From: Eledone cirrhosa
Lineage: Eukaryota
Assembly: GCA_964016885.1 (NCBI GenBank)
Contig: OZ024743.1
Coordinates: 205,716,001 to 205,780,000 of the forward strand
DNA length: 64,000 nt
Direction: 5' to 3'
The translations under genes were made by a program, and so were the position numbers. Shown here in pieces: positions 39,720 to 54,700 of the stretch. Every line of letters begins with the position of its first letter. Within the stretch, counting starts at the first letter, position 1. A model generated the notes under the pieces. That model had not been told where the DNA came from and searched no databases. It saw nothing but the letters and a program-made list of their open reading frames with translations.

Positions 39720-42040
39720 CGCTGGCTGGAAATTATCTCCCTTTGGACGGCTGGAAATTATAGCTGCTTGTAGGGCTAGAAATTATCTCCCCTTGGACGG
39801 CTGGAAATTATCTCCCCTTGATTTTTTTTACTAATTATCTCCCCCTGATTTTTTTTTACAAATATCTCCCCTTGGCTGCCTGGAAATTATCTCCCCTTGG
39901 CAGGCTGGAAATGATCTCCCCTTGGACGGCTGGAAATTATCTCCTCTTGGACGCCTAGAAATTACCTCTCCTTGGACAGCTGTAAATTATCTCCCCTTGG
40001 ACGGCTGGAAATTATCTCGCCTTGGACGGCTGGAAATTATCTCCCCTTGATTTTGTATACAAATTATCTCCCCCTGATTTTTTTTTACAAATTATCTGCC
40101 CCTGATTATTTTTTTACAAATTAGCTCCGCCTGATTTTTTTTTAAAATTATCTCCCCTTGGACGGCTGGAAATTATCTCCCCTTGGACGGCTGGAAATTA
40201 TCTCCCCTTGAACGGCTAGAAATTACCTCTCCTTGGACGGCTGAAAATTATCTCCCCTTGGACGGCTGGAAATTATCGCCCCCTGATTTTTTTTAACAAA
40301 TTATCTCCACCTGATTTTTTTTACAAATCATCTCCGCCTGATTTTTTTAAAAAATTATCTCCCTTTCGCTGGCTGGAAATTATCTCCCCTTGGACGCTGG
40401 AAATTATAGCCCCTTGGACGGCTGGAAATTATCTCCCCTTGATTTTTTTTACATATTATCTCCCCCTGATTTTTTTTTACGAATTATCTCCCCGATTTTT
40501 TTTTACAAATTATCTCCCCCTGATTTTTTTTTACAAATTATCTCCGCCTGATTTTTTTACAAAAATTATCTCCCCTTGGACGGCTGGAAATTATCTCCCC
40601 TTGAACGGCTGGAAATTATCTCCCCTTGGACGGCTGGAAATTATCTCCCCTTGGACGGCTGGAAATTATCTCCCCTTGGACGGCTGGAAATTATCTCCCC
40701 TTGGACGGCTAGAAATTACCTCTCCTTGGACGGCTGGAAATTATCTCCCCTTGGACAGCTGGAAATTATCTCCCCTTGGACGGCTGGAAATTATTTCCCC
40801 TTGATTTTTTTTTTCAAATTATCTCCCCCTGATTTTTTTTACAAATCTCCCCCTAATTTAAAAAAAATTATCTCCCCTTCGCTGGCTGGAAATTATCTCC
40901 CTTTGGACGGCTGGAAATTATAGCTGCTTGTAGGGCTAGAAATTATCTCCCCTTGGACGGCTGGAAATTATCTCCCCTTGATTTTTTTTACTAATTATCT
41001 CCCCCTGATTTTTTTTTACAAATATCTCCCCTTGGCTGCCTGGAAATTATCTCCCCTTGGCAGGCTGGAAATGATCTCCCCTTGGACGGCTGGAAATTAT
41101 CTCCTCTTGGACGCCTAGAAATTACCTCTCCTTGGACAGCTGTAAATTATCTCCCCTTGGACGGCTGGAAATTATCTCGCCTTGGACGGCTGGAAATTAT
41201 CTCCCCTTGATTTTGTATACAAATTATCTCCCCCTGATTTTTTTTTACAAATTATCTGCCCCTGATTATTTTTTTACAAATTAGCTCCGCCTGATTTTTT
41301 TTTAAAATTATCTCCCCTTGGACGGCTGGAAATTATCTCCCCTTGGACGGCTGGAAATTATCTCCCCTTGAACGGCTAGAAATTACCTCTCCTTGGACGG
41401 CTGAAAATTATCTCCCCTTGGACGGCTGGAAATTATCGCCCCCTGATTTTTTTTAACAAATTATCTCCACCTGATTTTTTTTACAAATCATCTCCGCCTG
41501 ATTTTTTTAAAAAATTATCTCCCTTTCGCTGGCTGGAAATTATCTCCCCTTGGACGCTGGAAATTATAGCCCCTTGGACGGCTGGAAATTATCTCCCCTT
41601 GATTTTTTTTACATATTATCTCCCCCTGATTTTTTTTTACGAATTATCTCCCCGATTTTTTTTTACAAATTATCTCCCCCTGATATTTTTTTACAAATTA
41701 TCTCCGCCTGATTTTTTTAAAAAAATTATCTCCCCTTGGACGGCTGGAAATTATCTCCCCTTGAACGGCTGGAAATTATCTCCCCTTGGACGGCTGGAAA
41801 TTATCTCCCCTTGGACGGCTGGAAATTATCTCCCCTTGGACGGCTAGAAATTACCTATCCTTGGACGGCTGGAAATTATCTCCCCTTGGACGGCTGGAAA
41901 TTATTTCCCCTTGATTTTTTTTACAAATTATCTCCCCCTGATTTTTTTTACAAATCTCCCCCTAATTTAAAAAAAAATTATCTCCCCTTCGCTGGCTGGA
42001 AATTATCTCCCTTTGGACGGCTGGAAATTATAGCTGCTTG
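39720..42040 (+). repeat. Tandem pair of ~1.16-kb sub-units
   Basis: 40439->41599 = 1160. The same spacing appears at 7041->8201 and 48790->49950. The marker cttggctgcctgg...ggcaggctggaaatgatc occurs at ~39871 and ~41031. Confidence 0.88.
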
Positions 42041-44660
42041 TAGGGCTGGAAATTATCTCCCCTTGGACGGCTGGAAATTATCTCCCCTTTATGTCTTCTA
42101 CAAATTATCTACCCCTGATTTTTTTTTTACAAATTATCTCCGCCTGATTTTTTTTTACAAATTATCTGCGCCTGATTTTTTTTTACAAATTAGCTACGCC
42201 TGATTTTTTAAAAAATTATCTCCCCTTGGACGGCTGGAAATTATCTCCCCTTGGACGGCTGGAAATTATCTCCCCTTGGACGGCTAGAAATTATCTCTCT
42301 TTGGACGACTGGAAATTATCTCCCCTTGGACGGCTGCAAATTATCTCCCCTTGATTTTTTTTACAAATTATCTCCCCCTGATTTTTTTTACAAATTATCT
42401 CCCCCTGATTTTTTTTTACAAATTATCTACCCCTGATTTTTTTACAAATTATCTCCCCCTGATTTTTTTTTACAAATTATCTCCCCCTGATTTTTTTTAC
42501 AAATTATCTCCCCCTGATTTTTTTTTACAAATTATCTCCCCCTGATTTTTTTACAAATTATCTCCCCCTGATTTTTTTAAAAATTATCTTCCCTGGGCTG
42601 GCGGGAAATTATCTCCCCTTGGACGGCTGGAAATTATCTTCCCTTGCACGGCTGGAAATTATCTCCCCTTGGACAGCTGGAAATTATCTGCCCTTGATTT
42701 TGTTTTTACAAATTATCTCCCCCTGATTTTTTTTACAAATTATCTCCACCTGATTTTTAAAAAAATTATCTCCCCTTGGACGGCTGGAAATTATCTCCCC
42801 TTGGCTGGAAATTATCTCCCCTTGGACGGCTAGAAATTATCTCTCTTTGGACGGCTGGAAATAATCTCCCTTTGATTTTTTTACAATTTATCTCCCTCTG
42901 ATTTTTTTTACAAATCTCCCCCTGATTTTTTTAAAAAAATTATCTCCCCTTCGCTGGCTGGAAATTATCTCCCCTTGGACACTTGAAATTATATCCCCTT
43001 GGAGGGCTGGAAATTATCTTCCCTTGGACGGCTGGAAATTATCTCCCCTTGATTTTTTTTACAAATTATCTCCCCCTGATTTTTTTTACAAATTATCTGC
43101 CCCTGATTTTTTTTTACAAATTATCTCCGCCTGATTTTTTTTAAAATTATCTCTCCTTGGACGGCTGGAAATTATCTCCCCTTGATTTTTTTTACAAATT
43201 ATCTCCCCCTGATTTTTTTTTACAAATTATCTACCCCTGATTTTTTTTTACAAATTATCTCCCCCTGATTTTTTCTACAAATTATCTCCCCCTGATTTTT
43301 TTTTTACAAATTATCTCCCCCTGATTTTTTTACAAATTATCTCCCCCTGATTTTTTTTTCAAATTATCTCCGCCTGATTTTTTTAAATATTATCTTCCCT
43401 TGGCTGGCGGGAAATTATCTCCCCTTGGACGGCTGGAAATTATCTCCCCTTGGAAGGATGGAAATTATCTCCCCTTGGACGGCTGGAAATTATCTCCCCT
43501 TGCACTGCTGGAAATTATCTCCCCTTGGACGGCTGGAAATTATCTCCCCTTGGCTGAAAATTATCTCCCCTTGGACGGCTAGAAATTATCTCTCTTTGGA
43601 CGGCTGGAAATTATCTCCCCTTGATTTTTTTACAAATTATCTCCCCCTGATTTTTTTACAAATCTCCCAGTGTTTTTTTTTTTAAATTATCTCCCCTTCG
43701 CTGGCTGGAAATTATCTCCCCTTGGACGCTGGAAATTATAGCCCCTTGGAGGGCTGGAAATTATCTTCCCTTGGACGGCTGGAAATTATCTCCCCTTGAT
43801 TTTTTTTACAAATTATCTCCCCCTGATTTTTTTTACAAATTATCTCCCCCTGATTTTTTTTTACAAATTATCTCCCCCTGATTTTTTTTACAACTTATCT
43901 CCGCCTGATTTTTTAAAAAAAATTATCTCCCCTTGGACGGCTAGAAATTACCTCTCCTTGGACGGCTGAAAATTATCTCCCCTTGGACGGCTGCAAATTA
44001 TCTCCCCTTGATTTTTTTTACAAATTATCTCCCCCTGATTTTTTTTTACAAATTATCTCCCCCTGATTTTTTTTACAAATTATCTCCCCCTGATTTTTTT
44101 TTACAAATTATCTCCCCCTGATTTTTTTTACAAATTATATCCCCTTGGCTGGCTGGAAATGATCTCCCCTTGGAGGCTGGAATTTATCTCCCCTTGGACG
44201 GCTAGAAATTACCTCTCCTTGGACGGCTGGAAATTATGTCTCCTTGGACGGCTAGAAATTACCTCTCCTTGGACGGCTGAAAATTATCTCCCCTTGGACG
44301 GCTGGAAATTATCTCCCCTTGATTTTTTTTACAAATTATCTCCCCCTGATTTTTTTTTACAAATTATCTCCCCCTGATTTTTTTTACAAATTATCTCCCC
44401 CTGATTTTTTTTTACAAATTTTCTCCCCCTGATTTTTTTTACAAATTATATTCCCTTGGCTGGCTGGAAATTATCTCCCCTTGGAGGCTGGAATTTATCT
44501 CCCCTTGGACGGCTAGAAATTACCTCTCCTTGGACGGCTGGAAATTATGTCTCCTTGGACGGCTGGAAATTATCTCCCCTTGGACGGCTGGAAATTATCT
44601 CCCCTTGGACGGCTGGAAATTATCTCCCCTTGGACGGCTAGATATTACCTCTCCTTGGAC
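40340..44660 (+). repeat. ~4.3-kb block repeated at an 8.35-kb offset (48690-53010) and homologous to ~6940-11310
   Basis: Offsets are 40439->48790, 41599->49950 and 43400->51751 (8351), 44159->52514 (8355), and 7041->40439 (33398). Confidence 0.88.
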
Positions 44661-47600
44661 AGCTGTAAATTATCTCCCCTTGGACGGCTGTAAATTATCT
44701 CCCCTTGGACGGCTGGAAATTATCTCCCCTTGATTTTGTATACAAATTATCTCCCCCTGATTTTTTTTTACAAATTATCTGCCCCTGATTATTTTTTTAC
44801 AAATTAGCAACGCCTGATTTTTTTTAAAAATTATCTCCCCTTGGACGGCTGGAAATTATCTCCCCTTGGACGGCTGGAAATTATCTCCCCTTGAACGGCT
44901 AGAAATTACCTCTCTTTGGACGGCTGAAAATTATCTCCCCTTGGACGGCTGGAAATTATCTCCCCTTGAATTTTTTACAAATTATCTCCCCCTTATTTTT
45001 TTTTACAAATTATCTCCCCCTGATTTTTTTTTACAAATTATCTACCCCTGATTTTTTTTCCAGATTATCTCCCCCTGATTTTTTTTTACAAATTATCTCC
45101 CCCTGTTTTTTTTTACAAATTATTTCCCCCTGATTTTTTTACAAATTATCTCCCCCTGATTTTTTTTACAAATTATCTCCGCCTGATTTTTTTAAATATT
45201 ATCTTCCCTTGGCTGGCGGGAAATTATCTCCCCTTGGACGCCTGGAAATTATCTCCCCTTGGAAGGATGGAAATTATCTCCCCTTGGACGGCTGGAAATT
45301 ATCTCCCCTTGCACTGCTGGAAATTATCTCCCCTTGGACGGCTGGAAATTATCTGCCCTTGATTTTGTTTTTACAAATTATCTTCCCCTGATTTTTTTTA
45401 CAAATTATCTCCACCTGATTTTTTAAAAAATTATCTCCCCTTGGACGGCTGGAAATTATCTCCCCTTGGCTGGAAATTATCTCCCCTTGGACGGCTAGAA
45501 ATTATCTCTCTTTGGACGGCTGTAAATTATCTCCCCTTGATTTTTTTTACAAATTATCTCCCCCTGATTTTTTTTACAAATCTCCCAGTGATTTTTTAAA
45601 AAAATTATCTCCCCTTCGCTGGCTGGAAATTATCTCCCCTTGGACGCTGGAAATTATAGCCCCTTGGAGGGCTGGAAGTTATCTTCCCTTGGAGGGCTGG
45701 AAATTATCTTCCCTTGGACGGCTGGAAATTATCTCCCCTTGATTTTTTTTACAAATTATCTCCCACTGATTTTTTTTTACAAATTATCTCCCCCTGATTT
45801 TTTTTTTACAAATTATCTCCGCCTGATTTTTTTTAAAAATTATCTCCCCTTGGACGGCTGGAAATTATCTCCCCTTGGACGGCTGGAAATTATATCCCCT
45901 TGGACGGCTAGAAATTACCTCTCCTTGGACGGCTGAAAATTATCTCCCCTTGGACGGCTGGAAATTATCTCCCCTTGATTTTTTTTACAAATTATCTCCC
46001 CCTGATTTTTTTTACAAATTATCTCCCCCTGATTTTTTTTTACAAATTATCTCCCCCTGATTTTTTTTTACAAATTATCTCCCCCTGATTTTTTTTTACA
46101 AATTATCTCCCCCTTATTTTTTTACAAATTATCTCCCCTTGGCTGGCTGGAAATTATCTCCCCTTGGAGGCTGGAATTTATCTCCCCTTGGAGGGCTGGA
46201 AATTATCTCCCCTTGGACGGCTAGAAATTACCTCTCCTTGGACGGCTGGAAATTATCTCCCCTTGAACGGCTGGAAATTATTTCCCCTTGGACGGCTGGA
46301 AATTATCTCCCCTTGAACGGCTGGAAATTATCTCCCCTTGGACGGCTAGAAATTACCTCTCCTTGGACGGCTGGAAATTATCTCCCCTTGGACGGCTGGA
46401 AATTATCTCCCCTTGGACGGCTGGAAATTATCTCCCCTTGATTTTTTTTACAAATTATCTCTCCCTGATTTTTTTTACAAATATCCCCCTAATTTAAAAA
46501 AAAATTATCTCCCCTTCGCTGGCTGGACATTATCTCCCTTTGGACGGCTGGAAATTATAGCTGCTTGTCGGGCTAGAAATTATCTCCCCTTGGACGGCTG
46601 GAAATTATCTCCCCTTGATTTTTTTTACTAATTATCTACCCCTGATTTTTTTTTACAAATTATCTCCGCCTGATTTTTTTTTTAAAATTATCTCCCCTTG
46701 GCTGGATGTAAATTTTCTCCCCTTCGACGGCTGGAAATTATCTCCCCTTGATGTCTTCTACAAATTATCTACCCCTGATTTTTTTTTTACAAATCATCTC
46801 TCCCTGATTTTTTTTACAAATATCTCCCCTTGGCTGGCTGGAAATTATCTCCCCTTGGCTGGCTGGAAATTATCTCCCCTTGGACGGCTGGAAATTATCT
46901 CCCCTTGGACGCCTAGAAATTACCTCTCCTTGGACAGCTGTAAATTATCTCCCCTTGGACGGCTGGAAATTCTCTCGCCTTGGACGGCTGGAAATTATCT
47001 CCCCTTGGACGGCTATAAATTATCTCTCCTTCGACGGCTGGAAATTATCTCCCCTTGATTTTTTTACAAATTATCTCCCCCTGATTTTTTTTTACCAATC
47101 TACCCCTGATTTAAAAAAAAAATTATCTCCTCTTCGCTAGCTGGAAATTATCTCCCCTTGGACGGCTGGAAATTATCTCCCCTTGATTTATTTTACAAAT
47201 TATCTACCCTGATTTTTTTACAAATTATCTCCCCGATTTTTTTTTACAAATTATCTCCCCCTGATTTTTTTTTTACAAATTATCTCCGCCTGATTTTTTT
47301 AAAATTATCTCCCCTTGGCTGGATGGAAATTATCTCCCCTTGGACGGCTGGAAATTATCTCCCCTTGCACGGCTGGAAATTATCTTCCCTTGGACGGCTA
47401 GAAATTACCTCTCCTTGGACGGCTGAAAATTATCTCCCCTTGGACGGCTGGAAATTATCTCCCCCTGATTTTTTTTACAAATTATCTCCCCTTGCACGGC
47501 TGGAAATTATCTCCCCTTGGACGGCTGGAAATTATCTGCCCTTGATATTGTTTTTACAAATTATCTCCCCCTGATTTTTTTTACAAATTATCTCCACCTG

Positions 47601-48700
47601 ATATTTTAAAAAATTATCTCCCTTGGACGGGTGGAAATTATCTCCCCTTGGACGGCTTGAAATTATCTCCCCTTGGACGGCTAGAAATTACCTCTCCTTG
47701 GACGGCTGAAAATTATCTCCCCTTGATTTTTTTTACAAATTATCTCCCCCTGATTTTTTTTTTTACAAATTATCTCCCCCTGATTTTATTTTACATATTA
47801 TCTACCCCTGATTTTTTTTTACAAATTATCTCCACCTGATCTTTTTTACAAATTATCTCCCCCTGATTTTTTTTTTACAAATTATCTCCCCCTGATTTTT
47901 TTACAAATTATCACCCCCTAATTTATTTTACAAATTATCTCCGCCTGATTTTTTTAAATATTAACTTTCCTTGGCTGGCGGGAAATAATCTCCCCTTGGA
48001 AGGATGGAAATTATCTCCCCTTGGACGGCTGGAAATTATCTCCCCTTGCACGGCTGGAAATTATCTCCCCTTGGACGGCTGGAAATTATCTCCCCTTGGC
48101 TGGAAATTATCTCCCCTTGGACGGCTAGAAATTATCTCTCTTTGGACGGCTGGAAATTATCTCCCCTTGATTTTTTTTACAAATTATCTCCCCCTGATTT
48201 TTTTTACAAATCTCCCAGTGATTTTTTAAAAAAAATTATCTCCCTTTCGCTGGCTGGAAATTATCTCCCTTTCGCTGGCTGGAAATTATCTCCCCTTGGA
48301 CGCTGGAAATTATAGCCCCTTGGAGGGCTGGAAATTATCTTCCCTTGGACGGCTGGAAATTATCTCCCCTTGATTTTTTTTACATATTATCTCCCCCTGA
48401 TTTTTTTTTTACAAATTATCTCCGTCTGATTTTTTTTAAAAATTATCTCCCCTTGGACGGCTGGAAATTATCTCCCCTTGGACGGCTGGAAATTATCTCC
48501 CCTTGGACGGCTAGAAATTACCTCTCCTTGGACGGCTGAAAATTATCTCCCCTTGGACGGCTGGAAATTATCTCCCCTTGATTTTTTTTACAAATTATCT
48601 CCCCCTGATTTTTTTTTACAAATTATCTCCCCCTGATTTTTTTTTTATAAATTATCTCCCCCTGATTTTTTTTACAAATTATCTCCCCCTGATTTTTTTA
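44650..48700 (+). repeat. Variant-rich ~4-kb block, copy 2
   Basis: Matches 35530-39530, with two extra A monomers near 48250-48350 (offset shifts 9121->9171). Confidence 0.9.
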
Positions 48701-51700
48701 AAAAATTATCTCCCTTTCGCTGGCTGGAAATTATCTCCCCTTGGACGCTGGAAATTATAGCCCCTTGGACGGCTGGAAATTATCTCCCCTTGATTTTTTT
48801 TACATATTATCTCCCCCTGATTTTTTTTTACGAATTATCTCCCCGATTTTTTTTTACAAATTATCTCCCCCTGATTTTTTTTTACAAATTATCTCCGCCT
48901 GATTTTTTTACAAAAATTATCTCCCCTTGGACGGCTGGAAATTATCTCCCCTTGAACGGCTGGAAATTATCTCCCCTTGGACGGCTGGAAATTATCTCCC
49001 CTTGGACGGCTGGAAATTATCTCCCCTTGGACGGCTGGAAATTATCTCCCCTTGGACGGCTAGAAATTACCTCTCCTTGGACGGCTGGAAATTATCTCCC
49101 CTTGGACAGCTGGAAATTATCTCCCCTTGGACGGCTGGAAATTATTTCCCCTTGATTTTTTTTTTCAAATTATCTCCCCCTGATTTTTTTTACAAATCTC
49201 CCCCTAATTTAAAAAAAATTATCTCCCCTTCGCTGGCTGGAAATTATCTCCCTTTGGACGGCTGGAAATTATAGCTGCTTGTAGGGCTAGAAATTATCTC
49301 CCCTTGGACGGCTGGAAATTATCTCCCCTTGATTTTTTTTACTAATTATCTCCCCCTGATTTTTTTTTACAAATATCTCCCCTTGGCTGCCTGGAAATTA
49401 TCTCCCCTTGGCAGGCTGGAAATGATCTCCCCTTGGACGGCTGGAAATTATCTCCTCTTGGACGCCTAGAAATTACCTCTCCTTGGACAGCTGTAAATTA
49501 TCTCCCCTTGGACGGCTGGAAATTATCTCGCCTTGGACGGCTGGAAATTATCTCCCCTTGATTTTGTATACAAATTATCTCCCCCTGATTTTTTTTTACA
49601 AATTATCTGCCCCTGATTATTTTTTTACAAATTAGCTCCGCCTGATTTTTTTTTAAAATTATCTCCCCTTGGACGGCTGGAAATTATCTCCCCTTGGACG
49701 GCTGGAAATTATCTCCCCTTGAACGGCTAGAAATTACCTCTCCTTGGACGGCTGAAAATTATCTCCCCTTGGACGGCTGGAAATTATCGCCCCCTGATTT
49801 TTTTTAACAAATTATCTCCACCTGATTTTTTTTACAAATCATCTCCGCCTGATTTTTTTAAAAAATTATCTCCCTTTCGCTGGCTGGAAATTATCTCCCC
49901 TTGGACGCTGGAAATTATAGCCCCTTGGACGGCTGGAAATTATCTCCCCTTGATTTTTTTTACATATTATCTCCCCCTGATTTTTTTTTACGAATTATCT
50001 CCCCGATTTTTTTTTACAAATTATCTCCCCCTGATATTTTTTTACAAATTATCTCCGCCTGATTTTTTTAAAAAAATTATCTCCCCTTGGACGGCTGGAA
50101 ATTATCTCCCCTTGAACGGCTGGAAATTATCTCCCCTTGGACGGCTGGAAATTATCTCCCCTTGGACGGCTGGAAATTATCTCCCCTTGGACGGCTAGAA
50201 ATTACCTATCCTTGGACGGCTGGAAATTATCTCCCCTTGGACGGCTGGAAATTATTTCCCCTTGATTTTTTTTACAAATTATCTCCCCCTGATTTTTTTT
50301 ACAAATCTCCCCCTAATTTAAAAAAAAATTATCTCCCCTTCGCTGGCTGGAAATTATCTCCCTTTGGACGGCTGGAAATTATAGCTGCTTGTAGGGCTGG
50401 AAATTATCTCCCCTTGGACGGCTGGAAATTATCTCCCCTTTATGTCTTCTACAAATTATCTACCCCTGATTTTTTTTTTACAAATTATCTCCGCCTGATT
50501 TTTTTTTACAAATTATCTGCGCCTGATTTTTTAAAAAATTATCTCCCCTTGGACGGCTGGAAATTATCTCCCCTTGGACGGCTGGAAATTATCTCCCCTT
50601 GGACGGCTAGAAATTATCTCTCTTTGGACGACTGGAAATTATCTCCCCTTGGACGGCTGCAAATTATCTCCCCTTGATTTTTTTTACAAATTATCTCCCC
50701 CTGATTTTTTTTACAAATTATCTCCCCCTGATTTTTTTTTACAAATTATCTACCCCTGATTTTTTTACAAATTATCTCCCCCTGATTTTTTTTTACAAAT
50801 TATCTCCCCCTGATTTTTTTTTACAAATTATCTCCCCCTGATTTTTTTTACAAATTATCTCCCCCTGATTTTTTTTTACAAATTATCTCCCCCTGATTTT
50901 TTTACAAATTATCTCCCCCTGATTTTTTTAAAAATTATCTTCCCTGGGCTGGCGGGAAATTATCTCCCCTTGGACGGCTGGAAATTATCTTCCCTTGCAC
51001 GGCTGGAAATTATCTCCCCTTGGACAGCTGGAAATTATCTGCCCTTGATTTTGTTTTTACAAATTATCTCCCCCTGATTTTTTTTACAAATTATCTCCAC
51101 CTGATTTTTAAAAAAATTATCTCCCCTTGGACGGCTGGAAATTATCTCCCCTTGGCTGGAAATTATCTCCCCTTGGACGGCTAGAAATTATCTCTCTTTG
51201 GACGGCTGGAAATAATCTCCCTTTGATTTTTTTACAATTTATCTCCCTCTGATTTTTTTTACAAATCTCCCCCTGATTTTTTTAAAAAAATTATCTCCCC
51301 TTCGCTGGCTGGAAATTATCTCCCCTTGGACACTTGAAATTATATCCCCTTGGAGGGCTGGAAATTATCTTCCCTTGGACGGCTGGAAATTATCTCCCCT
51401 TGATTTTTTTTACAAATTATCTCCCCCTGATTTTTTTTACAAATTATCTGCCCCTGATTTTTTTTTACAAATTATCTCCGCCTGATTTTTTTTTAAATTA
51501 TCTCTCCTTGGACGGCTGGAAATTATCTCCCCTTGATTTTTTTTACAAATTATCTCCCCCTGATTTTTTTTTACAAATTATCTACCCCTGATTTTTTTTT
51601 ACAAATTATCTCCCCCTGATTTTTTCTACAAATTATCTCCCCCTGATTTTTTTTTTACAAATTATCTCCCCCTGATTTTTTTACAAATTATCTCCCCCTG

Positions 51701-54700
51701 ATTTTTTTTTCAAATTATCTCCGCCTGATTTTTTTAAATATTATCTTCCCTTGGCTGGCGGGAAATTATCTCCCCTTGGACGGCTGGAAATTATCTCCCC
51801 TTGGAAGGATGGAAATTATCTCCCCTTGGACGGCTGGAAATTATCTCCCCTTGCACTGCTGGAAATTATCTCCCCTTGGACGGCTGGAAATTATCTCCCC
51901 TTGCACTGCTGGAAATTATCTCCCCTTGGACGGCTGGAAATTATCTCTCTTTGGACGGCTGGAAATTATCTCCCCTTGATTTTTTTACAAATTATCTCCC
52001 CCTGATTTTTTTACAAATCTCCCAGTGTTTTTTTTTTTAAATTATCTCCCCTTCGCTGGCTGGAAATTATCTCCCCTTGGACGCTGGAAATTATAGCCCC
52101 TTGGAGGGCTGGAAATTATCTTCCCTTGGACGGCTGGAAATTATCTCCCCTTGATTTTTTTTACAAATTATCTCCCCCTGATTTTTTTTACAAATTATCT
52201 CCCCCTGATTTTTTTTTACAAATTATCTCCCCCTGATTTTTTTTACAACTTATCTCCGCCTGATTTTTTAAAAAAAATTATCTCCCCTTGGACGGCTAGA
52301 AATTACCTCTCCTTGGACGGCTGAAAATTATCTCCCCTTGGACGGCTGCAAATTATCTCCCCTTGATTTTTTTTACAAATTATCTCCCCCTGATTTTTTT
52401 TTACAAATTATCTCCCCCTGATTTTTTTTACAAATTATCTCCCCCTGATTTTTTTTTACAAATTATCTCCCCCTGATTTTTTTTACAAATTATATCCCCT
52501 TGGCTGGCTGGAAATGATCTCCCCTTGGAGGCTGGAATTTATCTCCCCTTGGACGGCTAGAAATTACCTCTCCTTGGACGGCTGGAAATTATGTCTCCTT
52601 GGACGGCTAGAAATTACCTCTCCTTGGACGGCTGAAAATTATCTCCCCTTGGACGGCTGGAAATTATCTCCCCTTGATTTTTTTTACAAATTATCTCCCC
52701 CTGATTTTTTTTTACAAATTATCTCCCCCTGATTTTTTTTACAAATTATCTCCCCCTGATTTTTTTTTACAAATTTTCTCCCCCTGATTTTTTTTACAAA
52801 TTATATTCCCTTGGCTGGCTGGAAATTATCTCCCCTTGGAGGCTGGAATTTATCTCCCCTTGGACGGCTAGAAATTACCTCTCCTTGGACGGCTGGAAAT
52901 TATGTCTCCTTGGACGGCTGGAAATTATCTCCCCTTGGACGGCTGGAAATTATCTCCCCTTGGACGGCTGGAAATTATCTCCCCTTGGACGGCTAGATAT
53001 TACCTCTCCTTGGACGGCTGGAAATTATCTGCCCTTGGACGGCTGGAAATTATCTCCCCTTGGACGGCTGGAAATTATTTCCCCTTGATTTTTTTTACAA
53101 ATTATCTCCCGCTGATTTTTTTTTACAAATCTCCACCTAATTAAAAAAAAAATTATCTCCCCTTCGCTGGCTGGAAATTATCTTGCTTTGGACGGCTGGA
53201 AATTATAGCCACTTGTAGGGCTGGAAATTATCTCCCCTTGGACGGCTGGAAATTATCTCCCCTTGATTTTTTTTACTAAGTATCTCACCCTGATTTTTTT
53301 TTACAAATTATCTCCGCCTGATTTTTAAAAAAAAATTATCTCCCCTTGGCTGGATGGAAATTATCTCCCCTTGGACGGCTGGAAATTATCTTCCCTTGAT
53401 TTCTTCTACAAATTATCTACCCCTGATTTTTTTTTTACAAATTATCTCTCCCTGATTTTTTTTTACAAATATCTCTCCTTGGCTGGCTGGAAATTATCTC
53501 CCCTTGGCTGGCTGGAAATTATCTCCCCCTGATATTTTTTTACAAATTAGCTCCCCCTGATTTTTTTTACAAATTATCTCCCCCTGATTTTTTTCACAAA
53601 TTATCTCCCCCTGATTTTTTTTACAAATTATCTCCCCTGATTTAAAAAAAAAAATTATCTCCCCTTGGACGGCTGGAAATTATCTCCCCTTGGACGGCTG
53701 GAAATTATCGCCCCCTGATTTTTTTTTTACAAATTATCTCCACCTGATTTTTTTTACAAATCATCTCAGCCTGATTTTTTTAAAATATTATCTCCCTTGG
53801 CTTGCTGGAAATTATCTCCCCTTGGACGGCTATAAATTATCTCTCCTTCGACCGCTGGAAATTATCTCCCCTTGATTTTTTTACAAATTATCTCCCCCTG
53901 ATTTTTTTTTACCAATCAACCCCTGATTTAAAAACAAAAATTATCTCCCCTTCGCTGGCTGGAAATTATCTCCCCTTGGACGGCTGGAAATTATCTCCCC
54001 TTGATTTTTTTTACAAATTATCTACCCCTGATTTTTTTACAAATTATCTCCCCCTGATTTTTTTTACAAATTATCTCCCCCTGATTTTTTTTTTTACAAA
54101 TTATCTCCGCCTGATTTTTTTAAAATTATCTCCCCTTGGCTGGATGGAAATTATCTCCCCTTGGACGGCTGGAAATTATCTCCCCTTGGAAGGATGGAAA
54201 TTATCTCCCCTTGGACGGCTGGAAATTATCTCCCCTTGCACGGCTGGAAATTATCTCCCCTTGGACGGCTAGAAATTACCTCTCCTTGGACGGCTGAAAA
54301 TTATCTCCCCTTGGACGGCTGGAAATTATGTCCACCTGATTTTTTTTTACAAATCATCTCCGCCTGATTTTTTTAAAAACTTATCTCCCTTGGCTTGCTG
54401 GAAATTATCTCCCCTTGGACGGCTATAAATTATCTCTCCTTCGACGGCTGGAAATTATCTCCCCTTGATTTTTTTACAAATTATCTCCCCCTGATTTTTT
54501 TTTACCAATCTACCCCTGATTTAAAAAAAAAATTATCTCTCCTTCGCTGGCTGGAAATTATCTCCCCTTGGACGGCTGGAAATTATCTCCCCTTGATTTT
54601 TTTTACAAATTATCTACCCCTGATTTTTTTACAAATTATCTCCCCCTGATTTTTTTTTACAAATTATCTCCACTTGATTTTTTTTTTTTTACAAATTATC

